A DNA stretch of 59,213 bases, from contig JAZKIS010000011.1 in assembly GCA_040384725.1 (NCBI GenBank), forward strand, positions 1-59,213. The letters are read 5' to 3'. The translations under genes and the position numbers were made by a program. Below, in pieces: positions 1-9,659 of this stretch. Source of the DNA: Patescibacteria group bacterium. Lineage in GTDB: Bacteria; Patescibacteriota; Minisyncoccia; Phycocordibacterales; Phycocordibacteraceae. Below the pieces are notes generated by a model. It had not been told where the DNA came from, did no database searches, and was given only the letters and a program-made list of their open reading frames with translations. Numbering within the stretch: position 1 is the stretch's first letter; each line of letters starts with the position of its first letter.

Positions 1-160
1 ATCGCACATAGCACCCTCTAGGCAAGGCTTGACGGCTTCAGGGCGTTTCCCCAAGGACCATTTGGTACCGCGCTTGTTCGCGGCTCGCTGGATGCATCCT
101 CAGGCGACTCGTCCGCCTTTCCATTGCGGAAAGGAGTGCCTGGAGGGTACTGCGCACGAT
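1..160. ncRNA. Candidate structured ncRNA, rod-like and 6S RNA-like; may extend beyond the window start
   Basis: ACCCTCTAGGCA (13-24) pairs with TGCCTGGAGGGT (137-148) and extends imperfectly to positions 1/160. Internal stems GACG/CGTC, AGGGcGTtTCC/GGAtGCaTCCT, CCGCG/CGCGG and CCTTTCC/GGAAAGG. No credible ORF. Confidence 0.35.
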
Positions 161-180
161 CTCGAGAGAAGGCACAGGAA

Positions 181-208
181 CAAAACGCACGCTACGGCGT
201 GCGTTTTG
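181..208. terminator. Bidirectional intrinsic terminator
   Basis: CAAAACGCACGC-TACG-GCGTGCGTTTTG inverted repeat just after the pilB-like stop. Confidence 0.75.
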
Positions 209-210
209 CG

Positions 211-1884
211 TTAATCTCTCGGCAAATCAACAACTCTAAACACTTCGTCGAGCGACGTATAGCCGGACAGTGCTTTCAGTACGCCATCTTGTGCCATTGT
301 TAGGAATCCTTGGCGACGGACCGACTTCGCGATGTCTCCTTCGCTCGGATTCTCACGAAGAAGGTTCCCGAGCTCGTCATCCATGAAGATGGCTTCGTGC
401 ACTCCCGAGCGTCCCTTGTATCCGGTCTCTTCCTCGCTCTTCGGGTCAGGTATCCACACCATATCGAGCGATTCGGGAAGAAGACTCTTGTCTTCGACGG
501 TCGAGAGAACCTTTTCCATGATTCTCTTTTGCTCATCAGTGGCAGGAACCTGCTTCTTCGCGTCGGGATCAAGCTTACGAACGAGACGCTGTGCCATAGC
601 GACGGAGATCGCAGACGCGAACGTCTTCGGATCAACCCCGAGGTCAACGAGACGGGGGAAGGTGCCCGCGGCATTGTTCGTGTGGAGCGTCGAGAAGACG
701 AAGTGTCCGGTTAGCGCAGCCTGCACCGCGGTCTCGGCGACCTCGCTATCTCGCACCTCGCCGACCATGATCACGTCGGGGTCCTGGCGGAGCACGGAGC
801 GGAGTCCTGAGGCGAAGGTGTACTGCTTCCCGTCGGTCTGGGTCTGCACGATTCCCGGGAGATGGTACTCAACCGGATCCTCGATCGTAACGATCTTTAT
901 CTCCGGGGTATGGATGTGACGGAGGAACGCATAGAGGGTCGTCGTCTTTCCGGATCCGGTCGGTCCCGTAACGAGGAGCATGCCGGTCGGGCGGGTGATC
1001 TCGCTCTTGAGGCGCTCAAGAAGGTTGTCTCGGATACCGAGCTTCTCGAAGGAGACGCCAAGGATTCCCGGATCAAGGATGCGTAACACAAAAGACTCGC
1101 CGTACGCGCCCGGGATAAGCGAAGTACGGATCTCCACCTCGCTTTCGCCGACCGGAACGGAGAAGCGGCCGTCTTGCGCGCGGTCCCTAATATTTATCTT
1201 GAGCCCTGAGAGGAGCTTGATGCGGGACGCGAAGAGGTTGTAGGTATGCGCGTCGAAGGTATACGCATCGATAAGGGAACCATCAACGCGCAGACGGAGC
1301 CTGATGCCCGTCTCTTCCGGCTCGATGTGAATGTCGGACGCCTTAAGAGCGAATGCCGTCGCGAGGATGAACTCGAGCACGCGCGACACCTGCGCGCGAG
1401 CGCCTGCCTTAAGGGTCTCGTCGAGCTGGGCGCGAAGCGCAGCCAGGCTCGTGAGCGTGCCGCGGAGCTCATGGAGTTCCTCGCCCCTGATATCGAAGAC
1501 GCCCGCTTTCGATTCGCTCGCGAGCGAGAGCTCGGCGTATCGTCCGTACGCCTTGTCGAGGGATTTCTTTGAGACGAGGAAGCGCGAGAGTATGAATCCC
1601 TGGCTCTCGAGTGCATGCTCGATCTGCGCGAGCGTGATGTTGCTTGGATTCCTGAGCGCAACAGAGACATGCTTCCCGGTCTTCTCGAACGCAACCACCT
1701 CGGCCTCGCGCGCCTCTTTCTCGGGAATGAGCCGGAGCGCATCCACGTTGAGCGGCATGATGGTGAGGTCGGTATAGGTCAGTCCGTATTTCTCGGACAG
1801 GACGCGCGCCAGGTCCTCCTCTTCCTGTTCACGCAGGGACGCGAGCTTCGCGTCCTCAGCGTCGGTATCAAAATGTGCAGGCAT
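211..1884 (-). CDS. pilB: GspE/PilB family type IV pilus/T2SS assembly ATPase
   Basis: ASDIHIEP, Walker A GPTGSGKTTT, TIEDPVEY, LRQDPDVIMVGEVRD, GHFVFSTLHTN, GYKGR. Start at ATG 1884, 7 nt after TATTAT; alternative start 1893. Confidence 0.9.
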   Translation of the reverse strand: MPAHFDTDAEDAKLASLREQEEEDLARVLSEKYGLTYTDLTIMPLNVDALRLIPEKEAREAEVVAFEKTGKHVSVALRNPSNITLAQIEHALESQGFILSRFLVSKKSLDKAYGRYAELSLASESKAGVFDIRGEELHELRGTLTSLAALRAQLDETLKAGARAQVSRVLEFILATAFALKASDIHIEPEETGIRLRLRVDGSLIDAYTFDAHTYNLFASRIKLLSGLKINIRDRAQDGRFSVPVGESEVEIRTSLIPGAYGESFVLRILDPGILGVSFEKLGIRDNLLERLKSEITRPTGMLLVTGPTGSGKTTTLYAFLRHIHTPEIKIVTIEDPVEYHLPGIVQTQTDGKQYTFASGLRSVLRQDPDVIMVGEVRDSEVAETAVQAALTGHFVFSTLHTNNAAGTFPRLVDLGVDPKTFASAISVAMAQRLVRKLDPDAKKQVPATDEQKRIMEKVLSTVEDKSLLPESLDMVWIPDPKSEEETGYKGRSGVHEAIFMDDELGNLLRENPSEGDIAKSVRRQGFLTMAQDGVLKALSGYTSLDEVFRVVDLPRD

Positions 1885-1943
1885 TAGCACCATAATACCG
1901 CGCCCTGGAGCGCGTTCCTATGCTGCTTGGTACAATGAAGAGC

Positions 1944-2384
1944 ATGAGACCGGCACGGACGATACAGGACCTTGCGGACCTCGAAGTAGAGGCAGGCGCG
2001 TTCGTGTCCATGCTTCATCCGAAACAGGACGGCGCCATGCTCGTTACGCTTTCCGGAAACCTCGGAGCCGGAAAGACCGCGTTCACCCAGGCGATCGCAC
2101 GAACGCTCGGCGTCCTCGAGCCCGTTACGAGTCCTACCTTCGTGCTCGCGAAATCGTACGAGCTTTCCGGAAAAGAATTCTCGAAGCTCGTCCATATAGA
2201 TGCGTACCGGCTCAAAGAAGGGAAGGACCTTCAGGCGCTCGATTTCGCTCATACGCTTGAGGACTCACGGACGCTCGTGGTACTCGAGTGGCCGGAGATG
2301 GTGGAGGACGGGCTCCCGTCTGCGGACGTCGCCATTACCCTTAGTGTGCGGAGCGATACTGAACGCGATGTAACCTATGCCTAA
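1944..2384 (+). CDS. tsaE: tRNA threonylcarbamoyladenosine biosynthesis ATPase TsaE
   Basis: LSGNLGAGKTAF, VTSPTF, HIDAYRL, LEWPE. Confidence 0.93.
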   Translation: MRPARTIQDLADLEVEAGAFVSMLHPKQDGAMLVTLSGNLGAGKTAFTQAIARTLGVLEPVTSPTFVLAKSYELSGKEFSKLVHIDAYRLKEGKDLQALDFAHTLEDSRTLVVLEWPEMVEDGLPSADVAITLSVRSDTERDVTYA

Positions 2385-4758
2385 GAACGCGAATACAACC
2401 CGGCTCGTCCTTCTTGATTCGCATGCGATCATCCATCGCGCATATCACGCGCTCCCTGACTTCACTGCGCCTGATGGGCAGCCCACCGGCGCTCTCTACG
2501 GGTTGTCTTCGATGCTTCTACGCATCGCAACCGACCTGAAGCCTGATTACATCGTTGCGTGCTACGACCTCGCGGGCCCCACGGTGCGCCATGAAGCGTA
2601 TGCGGAATATAAAGGGACGCGCTCGTCGATCGACGACGCGCTCATCACGCAGCTGAACACGTCGCGTAACGTCTTCAAGGCTTTCTGCATACCCATCTAC
2701 GAGAAAGCGGGATTCGAGGCGGACGATATCCTCGGTACCATTGTCGAGAAGCTCAAGGACGATCCTTCAATCGAGATCATCATCGCGTCGGGCGATATGG
2801 ATACCATGCAGCTCATCGAGGGAAAGAAGGTGCAGGTCTATACGCTTAAGAAAGGCTTGAACGATACGATCCTCTATGACGAGAAGGCGGTGGAAGAGCG
2901 GTACGGGTTCCTGCCTGCCTTGATCGCGGACTACAAGGGCCTTCGTGGCGACCCTTCCGACAACATAAAGGGCGTGCCCGGCATCGGCGAGAAGACCGGC
3001 ACGGAACTCATCCAGAAGTTCGGATCCGTCGAGGATATATACAAGGCGATTAAGAAAGACGAGGCGGCGGTACTTGCTGCCGGCATAAAGCCGCGCATCG
3101 TGAACCTCCTTAAGGAGCATGAAGAGGATGCGCTCTTCTCGAAGTCCCTCGCGACGATCCGTCTCGATGCGCCGATAACCTTCGCGATGCCGGCGAAGGT
3201 CTGGAAGGAAACCATCTCAACCGAGAAGCTGCTCGCGCTTTTCGACGAGCTCGGCTTCCGCTCCTTGAAGCCGCGCGTCCGGTCGCTCCTCGGAGGGGAG
3301 GATGACATGGAAGACGAAGAGATGCCCGAAGAAGACGCTGAGGAAGACATCCCGCTCGATCGTCTTCAGGAAGCGAAGGTGATGCTCTGGCTTCTGTATT
3401 CTGATTTCACGAACCCCACTCTCGACGACATCCTCGCATACACCAAAGCGAAGGACTTTGATGAGGCGTATGCAGCGCTTGAAAAGGGTCTTGCTGAGAC
3501 AGGCCGGCTCAAGGAGCTCTACGACTCGATCGAGAAGCCGCTCGTTCCGATCTTAGAAGAAATGAAGCAGTGCGGGGTGCGTATAGACACGAAGGTGCTT
3601 GAGACCCTTCGGAAGACGTACCGCAAAGAGCTCGAGGCGATAGAAGCCCGCGTTTACAAGGCTGCAGGGCACGATTTCAACATAAGCTCGCCGAAGCAGC
3701 TGGGCGACGTGTTGTTCGACGAGATGGAGCTCACCGCCAAGGGACAGAAGAAGACCGCAACAGGCCAGCGTTCAACAAAGGAATCAGAGCTCGAGAAGAT
3801 ACGGGATCTCCATCCGATCGTCTCAAACGTGCTCGAGTTCCGCGGCCTTCAGAAGCTGCTCTCTACCTATATAGAAGCGCTCCCGCCGCTTCTCGACGAG
3901 GGAAATCGCCTCCATGCGCAGTTTCTGCAGACGGGTGCCGTTACGGGCCGCATGGCGAGCCAGAATCCGAATCTTCAGAACATCCCGATACGTACGGATA
4001 AGGGACGCGCGATCAGGACCGCCTTCATTCCGCGCGACGGCTACACGCTCGTCGGTATCGACTACTCGCAGGTTGAGCTGCGCATCGCCGCCATACTCTC
4101 AAAGGACGAGAAGCTTGAGGCGATATTCAAGAGCGGACGCGACGTGCACACCGAAGTGGCGGCGGCGGTCTTCAAGGTTGCGACTGAAGACGTCGATCGG
4201 GAGATGCGCCGTCGCGCGAAGATCATCAACTTCGGCATCCTCTACGGCATGGGCGTGAACGCGCTCAAGACGCAGCTCGGCACCTCGCTCGCAGAAGCCC
4301 ACACCTTCTATGACGACTACTTCGCCACGTTCGACACGCTCGCGAAGTATCTCGAGTCGACGCGCGGCTATGCGCGGAAGCACGGGTACACGGAAACCCT
4401 GTTCGGAAGAAGGCGCCAGTTCCCAGAGATGAAGTCGTCGCTGCCATACGTACGCGCGCAAGCCGAGCGCATGGCGATCAATGCGCCGATACAAGGCACC
4501 CAAGCGGACCTGATAAAGCGCGCCATGGTCGAAGTGGATCGAGTGCTTCGCGAGACCGGAGACCGCGAAGACGCACACCTCCTTCTCCAGGTACATGACG
4601 AGCTCGTGTACGAGGTTCGCACGGAACGAGCCAAGGAGCTCGGCATACGCATCAAGGACGTGATGGAAGAAGCGTTTCCGAAAGAGCTTACGAACGGCGT
4701 CCCTATTCTCGCGGACGCGAAGCAGGGAGAAAACTGGGGCGACATGCAGCCGCTATGA
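2377..4758 (+). CDS. polA: DNA polymerase I (5'-3' exonuclease + polymerase; 3'-5' exonuclease domain largely absent)
   Basis: LLDSHAIIHRAYHA, EADDILGT, GDPSDNIKGVPGIGEK, PNLQNIP, DYSQVELR, NFGILYG, QVHDEL; only 793 aa. Confidence 0.96.
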   Translation: MPKNANTTRLVLLDSHAIIHRAYHALPDFTAPDGQPTGALYGLSSMLLRIATDLKPDYIVACYDLAGPTVRHEAYAEYKGTRSSIDDALITQLNTSRNVFKAFCIPIYEKAGFEADDILGTIVEKLKDDPSIEIIIASGDMDTMQLIEGKKVQVYTLKKGLNDTILYDEKAVEERYGFLPALIADYKGLRGDPSDNIKGVPGIGEKTGTELIQKFGSVEDIYKAIKKDEAAVLAAGIKPRIVNLLKEHEEDALFSKSLATIRLDAPITFAMPAKVWKETISTEKLLALFDELGFRSLKPRVRSLLGGEDDMEDEEMPEEDAEEDIPLDRLQEAKVMLWLLYSDFTNPTLDDILAYTKAKDFDEAYAALEKGLAETGRLKELYDSIEKPLVPILEEMKQCGVRIDTKVLETLRKTYRKELEAIEARVYKAAGHDFNISSPKQLGDVLFDEMELTAKGQKKTATGQRSTKESELEKIRDLHPIVSNVLEFRGLQKLLSTYIEALPPLLDEGNRLHAQFLQTGAVTGRMASQNPNLQNIPIRTDKGRAIRTAFIPRDGYTLVGIDYSQVELRIAAILSKDEKLEAIFKSGRDVHTEVAAAVFKVATEDVDREMRRRAKIINFGILYGMGVNALKTQLGTSLAEAHTFYDDYFATFDTLAKYLESTRGYARKHGYTETLFGRRRQFPEMKSSLPYVRAQAERMAINAPIQGTQADLIKRAMVEVDRVLRETGDREDAHLLLQVHDELVYEVRTERAKELGIRIKDVMEEAFPKELTNGVPILADAKQGENWGDMQPL

Positions 4759-5408
4759 TCTACCTCTTCCATGGAACCGATACCGGAAAGGCGCGTGCCA
4801 AGGCGTTCACCTGGATCGCTGCCGCCCGTGCGAAAGCGCCTGACGCGGCGTACATCAGGCTTCAGGGAGCTCAGATAACGGAAGAGGCGCTGCGCGATGC
4901 CATCAGCGCGCAGGGACTGTTCTTCGCGAAGTCCCTGATACTCCTCGACGAACCTTTTTCTGACGAGAGCGCGGGTGAGACGGTGCTTTCGATGCTCGAC
5001 GTGCTAACCGCGTCTGAGAACCCAGTCGGCATACTCGCACCGAAGCTGCTTGCCGCTCGTGCAAAGAAGCTCGAGGCGGTCGCCACGAAAGTCTTCAAGG
5101 AAGATGCCGTACCTAAGCGCGATAGGGGATTCAACAGCGCGCTTGTTAATGCGCTCGGTTCTAAAGACGGAAAGACGCTCTGGAAAGAGCTCGTGAAAGC
5201 CGAGCGTCTGGGCGACGTGCCGGAGATAACGCACGGCCTGTTGCACTGGAAGGCGCGCGACATGATGCAGAAAGGGAATACGAAATGGGGGAAGGAAGGA
5301 GCACGTGCGCTATCCGTCTCGCTCATCGAGCTTCTCTCTGATGCGCGATCCGGAGATATACCGCTCGGACCGTCGCTTGAGCGCTTCGCGCTCTCTTTAA
5401 ATAATTGA
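4755..5408 (+). CDS. Hypothetical protein, probable short DNA polymerase III delta (HolA)-like
   Basis: N-terminal MIYLFHGTD and 'GLFFAKSLILL' resemble HolA; start overlaps the polA stop (ATGA). Confidence 0.55.
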   Translation: MIYLFHGTDTGKARAKAFTWIAAARAKAPDAAYIRLQGAQITEEALRDAISAQGLFFAKSLILLDEPFSDESAGETVLSMLDVLTASENPVGILAPKLLAARAKKLEAVATKVFKEDAVPKRDRGFNSALVNALGSKDGKTLWKELVKAERLGDVPEITHGLLHWKARDMMQKGNTKWGKEGARALSVSLIELLSDARSGDIPLGPSLERFALSLNN

Positions 5409-5432
5409 CAATTCGTAATTGTATATTACTCT
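5405..5432 (+). promoter_or_regulatory. Sigma70 promoter with a palindromic operator-like site
   Basis: TTGACA (5405) ... TACTCT (5427); ACAATT-CGT-AATTGT palindrome at 5408-5422; SD AAGGAGG at 5458. Confidence 0.5.
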
Positions 5433-5469
5433 GAAATCAGTCCACACACCCTAATCAAAGGAGGCTCTG

Positions 5470-7290
5470 GTGCAGTACCTTGCCAGTACTAAAGAATCCT
5501 TCCGTGAGCTCTCCGTATCGGTGGGAAATGTACTGCGAGATGCTTGGCGCGACAATAAGCGCCAGCTCCTCATAGTCCTCTCCTTGTCGATGCTGCTCGC
5601 GGCAATGCCCTATATCGAACGCGGTATCCAAGCCCTGCTTCTCAATCACCTGGTACAGATCGCAAAGACGCGCTATTTCGATTCGCTTCTGATCATGCTG
5701 CTCGGCGCTTCGGCCTGCGCGCTCTTCTTCCGCGAAGCGGTACGAAGCGGCGTGTCGTACGTACGTCGAGTGTACTGGTTCGAGCGAAGGAGCCGGTACG
5801 AGCTTGAGTACGGCGAGAAGCTCGCATCGCTCGACACCGCAACCCATGAGGATCCGAAGTTCCGCGACAAGGTTCAGGTTCTACAGGAATACGGGTCAAG
5901 CATGGCGGTCGCCAGCTTCTTCGATTCGGTGATCGACAATGGTGAGAATATCGTCGGCTTCGGCTCGGCCTTCCTCATCGTCCTCTTCGCCGACTGGCGC
6001 CTCGCGGTGCTCATACTGCTCGCGGCCGCGCCGCAGCTCTACGTCGAGCTGCGCTACGGAAAGGGCATCCAGTCTGCCTACGAGAACAACTCGGCAAGCA
6101 GGCGCCTGTATCAGGAAATGCGGCGCCATACGCAGACGCCGGGCGGTGTTCGTGAGATGCAAACGTTCCAATCGGTACCCTACTTCCTGAAAAGGATGAA
6201 GGAATCCTTGGGCACGTTTATATCCGCGCAGGTCGCCGAGGACAAGAAGAAGGTCGGTCTCCAGATCGTGTGCGAGCTCATACTCGCGATCGCCCTGGTA
6301 ATCGCCCTGGTGGTGCTCGTCACGCGCGTGCTTTCGGGCGCGCTCGAGATAGGCACCTTCGTGTTCGTCTTCGGGGCGGTTATCAGCCTCGACGGTGCCG
6401 CGAGTTCGTTCCTCACGAACCTCGCGCACCAGCGCCGAGAGGCGAGGACGGTGAGTTCCTACTACGACATCATGGCCCTAGAGCCAGTGATCAAGAGCCC
6501 GATTCTCGGTGCCACGCTCAGCAGTGAACGAGCCCCGCGCATCGAGTTCCGGAACGTAACGTTCGCGTATCCAGGCCGGCCTGAAGAGGAAGTCCTGAAA
6601 AACTTCTCTCTCACGATTGAGTCTGGCGAGCGTCTCGCGCTCGTCGGAGTGAACGGGGCCGGGAAATCGACCCTCGTTAAGCTCCTCTGCAGGTTCTACG
6701 ATCCGACGGAAGGAGCGATCCTTCTCGACGGCATCGATCTCAGGGAGATCACTCTCGAGAGCTGGTACGAGCATCTCGCGCTCCTCGCGCAAGACTTCGA
6801 AACATACCAGATTCACGTGTCCGAGCTCATTTCGCTCGGACGCATGAGCGACAACGTATCGATTGCCGATATCACGCGGGCAGCGCATCGTTCTGAATCG
6901 GCGTCGTTCATCGAGAGGTGGCCGAATCGGTACGATCAGCAGATTGGCGTCATGTTCGCCGGAGGGATCGATCCCTCCGGCGGCCAGAAACAGAAGCTCG
7001 CGCTCGCGCGAGCCCTGTATCGGGATGCTCTCGTGAGCGTCCTCGACGAGCCAACCGCGCATGTTGATGCGGGCGCAGAACAGGAAATCTTCGAGCGGCT
7101 TGAATCCGAGCTCCGGCCCGAACAAACGCTCATCCTGATCTCGCACCGGTTCTCAACGGTCCGGAATGCAAACCGCATCTGCGTCATAAAAGACGGGACC
7201 GTTCATGAGCTGGGTTCCCATGCGGAGCTCATCGCGCTTGACGGTACCTATGCGGAATTGTTCCAGAAGCAAGCGGAAGGATATCGCTAA
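5470..7290 (+). CDS. ABC transporter, fused permease/ATP-binding (multidrug/peptide exporter type)
   Basis: N-terminal TM helices; Walker A GVNGAGKST, signature PSGGQKQK, Walker B VLDEPT, ISHR. Confidence 0.92.
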   Translation: MQYLASTKESFRELSVSVGNVLRDAWRDNKRQLLIVLSLSMLLAAMPYIERGIQALLLNHLVQIAKTRYFDSLLIMLLGASACALFFREAVRSGVSYVRRVYWFERRSRYELEYGEKLASLDTATHEDPKFRDKVQVLQEYGSSMAVASFFDSVIDNGENIVGFGSAFLIVLFADWRLAVLILLAAAPQLYVELRYGKGIQSAYENNSASRRLYQEMRRHTQTPGGVREMQTFQSVPYFLKRMKESLGTFISAQVAEDKKKVGLQIVCELILAIALVIALVVLVTRVLSGALEIGTFVFVFGAVISLDGAASSFLTNLAHQRREARTVSSYYDIMALEPVIKSPILGATLSSERAPRIEFRNVTFAYPGRPEEEVLKNFSLTIESGERLALVGVNGAGKSTLVKLLCRFYDPTEGAILLDGIDLREITLESWYEHLALLAQDFETYQIHVSELISLGRMSDNVSIADITRAAHRSESASFIERWPNRYDQQIGVMFAGGIDPSGGQKQKLALARALYRDALVSVLDEPTAHVDAGAEQEIFERLESELRPEQTLILISHRFSTVRNANRICVIKDGTVHELGSHAELIALDGTYAELFQKQAEGYR

Positions 7291-7351
7291 GTACTGAAAA
7301 CACTCGAACCGCGTCAGGCATGTCCTGGCGCGGTTTCTTCTTACCTGATCA

Positions 7352-7427
7352 TGGTGCGCCCGCCTGGGCTCGAACCAGGGACCGTCTCCTTAAAAGGGAG
7401 CTGCTCTACCGACTGAGCTACGGGCGC
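7352..7427 (-). tRNA. tRNA-Lys(TTT), CCA encoded
   Basis: Cloverleaf; anticodon loop CTTTTAA; T-loop GGTTCGAGCCC. Confidence 0.95.
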
Positions 7428-7446
7428 ATGTTCGCACGTTATACCG

Positions 7447-8373
7447 CTAATACGTATAGAGGTCTACCGTGCGTCCCTCTGTATCGAGGAGCTTCACGGC
7501 ATCGCGAGAGGATTTCCATAATTCGTCGGACCTGCCCCGCGAGTTCTCGTACTCGAGATAGATCCGCCAGGTATCGCCTGCGAAGTCCGAATCAGTCTTG
7601 TGGTGCTCGACGCAGCCGTTATAGGTGAGGTAGTCGTCGATGAGTGCGGTACACGCATTCGAGACGCCGCTATCGCTTGGCGTGCGGCACGAGGTGCTGC
7701 TACGCATCAGGGTGTAGCACTTATCGTCACGGAGCTCGTTCCCACTGTAATGCTTCTCGAATTCCTGATACGGGCTCGGGCACTGATTCGAGAGGCTCGG
7801 ATAGAACTCTTGGCGACTCATGAAGTATCCCGTGCACTTGTTCTCTTTGAACGAGACGCCTGTGGGTGCTTCGCCGGTAACGACGATCGCCTCGTCCCCG
7901 GGATTAAGCACGATGCGTCCGGTATCGTTCACGCGTCCTGAGCGGGGGAGTGCCGCGCCCTCGGGAATGCGGGCACCGCGGCCGGACGCGCCTGACACGA
8001 GTCGCCAGCCGGTTATGTCGATGCTGTCCGTTCCGGATACGCGAAGTGTGACGTACTCACGTTCCGGGTCTTCGCTCCCTGTCCCGCCGGTTCCTGACAC
8101 CCGGACCTGTCCTCGGTACGGAGAAGGGTTACTCACGCCACCAAGGTTCGCGCCGCCTGAGAAACTGCCGCTCATGAGATTAGACCAGACGCTGCCGGAC
8201 CGGAAGTCTACGGTAGGCGTGTCGCCGTACCCTTGCTGAACGCTATCAATATCGGTTATCGGCGTGATGTAGGGACCGGCGAACGATATGGGCTTCGTGG
8301 GTCCGCCGGTCGCGAACCAGAGGATGAAGAAGAACGCGAGCACGCCAAGGAAGAAGATTCCGTCGCCTTTCAT
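7447..8373 (-). CDS. Membrane-anchored protein with a lamin-tail-like Ig domain and a Cys-rich insert
   Basis: N-terminal TM; EYVTL...IDITGWRL...LNPG...VKLLDTEGRTVD pattern typical of lamin tail domains. Confidence 0.6.
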   Translation of the reverse strand: MKGDGIFFLGVLAFFFILWFATGGPTKPISFAGPYITPITDIDSVQQGYGDTPTVDFRSGSVWSNLMSGSFSGGANLGGVSNPSPYRGQVRVSGTGGTGSEDPEREYVTLRVSGTDSIDITGWRLVSGASGRGARIPEGAALPRSGRVNDTGRIVLNPGDEAIVVTGEAPTGVSFKENKCTGYFMSRQEFYPSLSNQCPSPYQEFEKHYSGNELRDDKCYTLMRSSTSCRTPSDSGVSNACTALIDDYLTYNGCVEHHKTDSDFAGDTWRIYLEYENSRGRSDELWKSSRDAVKLLDTEGRTVDLYTY

Positions 8374-8392
8374 GCACGTATAGTAGCAAGTC

Positions 8393-9658
8393 CTACTTCA
8401 GTTTCGTAAGTTCTTCGCGCACTACCTGCGCATCGCTCCAGGGCGTACGCGTGTCGTTCGCCTCCATGATGTAGGGATCGGTACCCTTGCCGGTTATGAG
8501 TACGGCATCGCCGGCGCGCGCGAGCGAGAGCGCATGCATGATCGCTTCGCGGCGATCCATGATTATCAGCGGCTTCTTCTCCATCCCGTCCGCCATGGCG
8601 TCAACGATCGCGCGCGGGTCTTCCTCATACGGGTCCTCGTTCGTGAGGATTACGGTGTCGCAGTACGTCTCTGCGATCTTTCCCATCTCAGGCCGCTTCC
8701 AAGTATCGCGTCCACCGCCCGTGTTCCCGAGGACGCAGATCTTCCGGACAGGATACGCCTCATAGAGCGCTTTCAGCGAGTCTGGCGTATGCGCGTAGTC
8801 GACGATCGCCTGGAAGTCCTGGCCTCCTTCGATACGCTCGGTGCGTCCGGGGATACGCTCAAGCGCAGCAAGACCGTCAGCGATGTCCGTAAGGGGAACC
8901 CCGAGGAAGCGTGCCGCGCGAATAACGGCGAGTGCGTTCATCACGCTGAAGCTTCCGGGGAGTTTCAGATCGAAGCGAACGTCTTCGTATGTAAACGCGA
9001 CGGTTCCCGGTCCATGCACGACATCAGACACCGTGTCGTACGAGAAGGGGAGCTTCTCCTCCACCGGAAGCGCAAGATACGGTGCGCTGCGCTCGTCGTC
9101 CGCGTTCGCGATCATAGCGCGCGGACGCTTCGGGGAGCGTGCGAGCTCTTTGCCGATCTCGAGCTTCGCCGCGGCGTAGTTCTCGAACGAGCCGTGCGAC
9201 TCGATGTGCTCTTTCTGAAGGTTCGTGAAGACGAGGCCATCGAGGAACAGATACCGATGCCTATGCTGCCTGACGCTCTCAGAGGTAAGCTCCACAACAG
9301 CATGCGTTACGCCTTCCTTCCGGGCGCGCGCAAGGAACGCGTGGATGAAGCCACGTCCTGGCATCGTCATCTTGAAGAGATTCGGTTCCGATACGTCCTT
9401 GATCGCAAAGCGGATGGTGCCTGCGACTGCTGCCGGGTATCCCGCGTGATGCAGGACGGTGAAGAGCATGTCGGAGACGGAGGATTTTCCCTTGGTGCCC
9501 GTAACGCCGATAACCGTCATATGCTTGGCAGGGAAGCCATAGCTCGCGGCGAGCGCGTACGCCATAACGCGGTGATAGAGGGGAAGGAGCGGGCGCACGA
9601 GCGCTACGGGCAGGAACCGCTTAAGGATACTGATTGTCTGATTGAGAATCTCGTACAT
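8393..9658 (-). CDS. murE: Mur ligase, MurE-like (UDP-MurNAc-tripeptide synthetase)
   Basis: GVTGTKGKSS, FTNLQKEHIESHG, PGRTE, VDYAHTPD, GGGRD, LITGKG. Confidence 0.88.
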   Translation of the reverse strand: MYEILNQTISILKRFLPVALVRPLLPLYHRVMAYALAASYGFPAKHMTVIGVTGTKGKSSVSDMLFTVLHHAGYPAAVAGTIRFAIKDVSEPNLFKMTMPGRGFIHAFLARARKEGVTHAVVELTSESVRQHRHRYLFLDGLVFTNLQKEHIESHGSFENYAAAKLEIGKELARSPKRPRAMIANADDERSAPYLALPVEEKLPFSYDTVSDVVHGPGTVAFTYEDVRFDLKLPGSFSVMNALAVIRAARFLGVPLTDIADGLAALERIPGRTERIEGGQDFQAIVDYAHTPDSLKALYEAYPVRKICVLGNTGGGRDTWKRPEMGKIAETYCDTVILTNEDPYEEDPRAIVDAMADGMEKKPLIIMDRREAIMHALSLARAGDAVLITGKGTDPYIMEANDTRTPWSDAQVVREELTKLK

Positions 9659-9659
9659 G

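Noticed and set aside
29-214. 61-aa ORF at the window start
   Set aside because: TTG start, no motif, and it runs through a terminator; RNA structure explains the region better.
5408-5437. dif-like sequence (…CGTAAT TGTATA TTACTCTGAAAT)
   Set aside because: Only the central hexamer and about half of the XerD arm match; a promoter with a palindrome explains it better.
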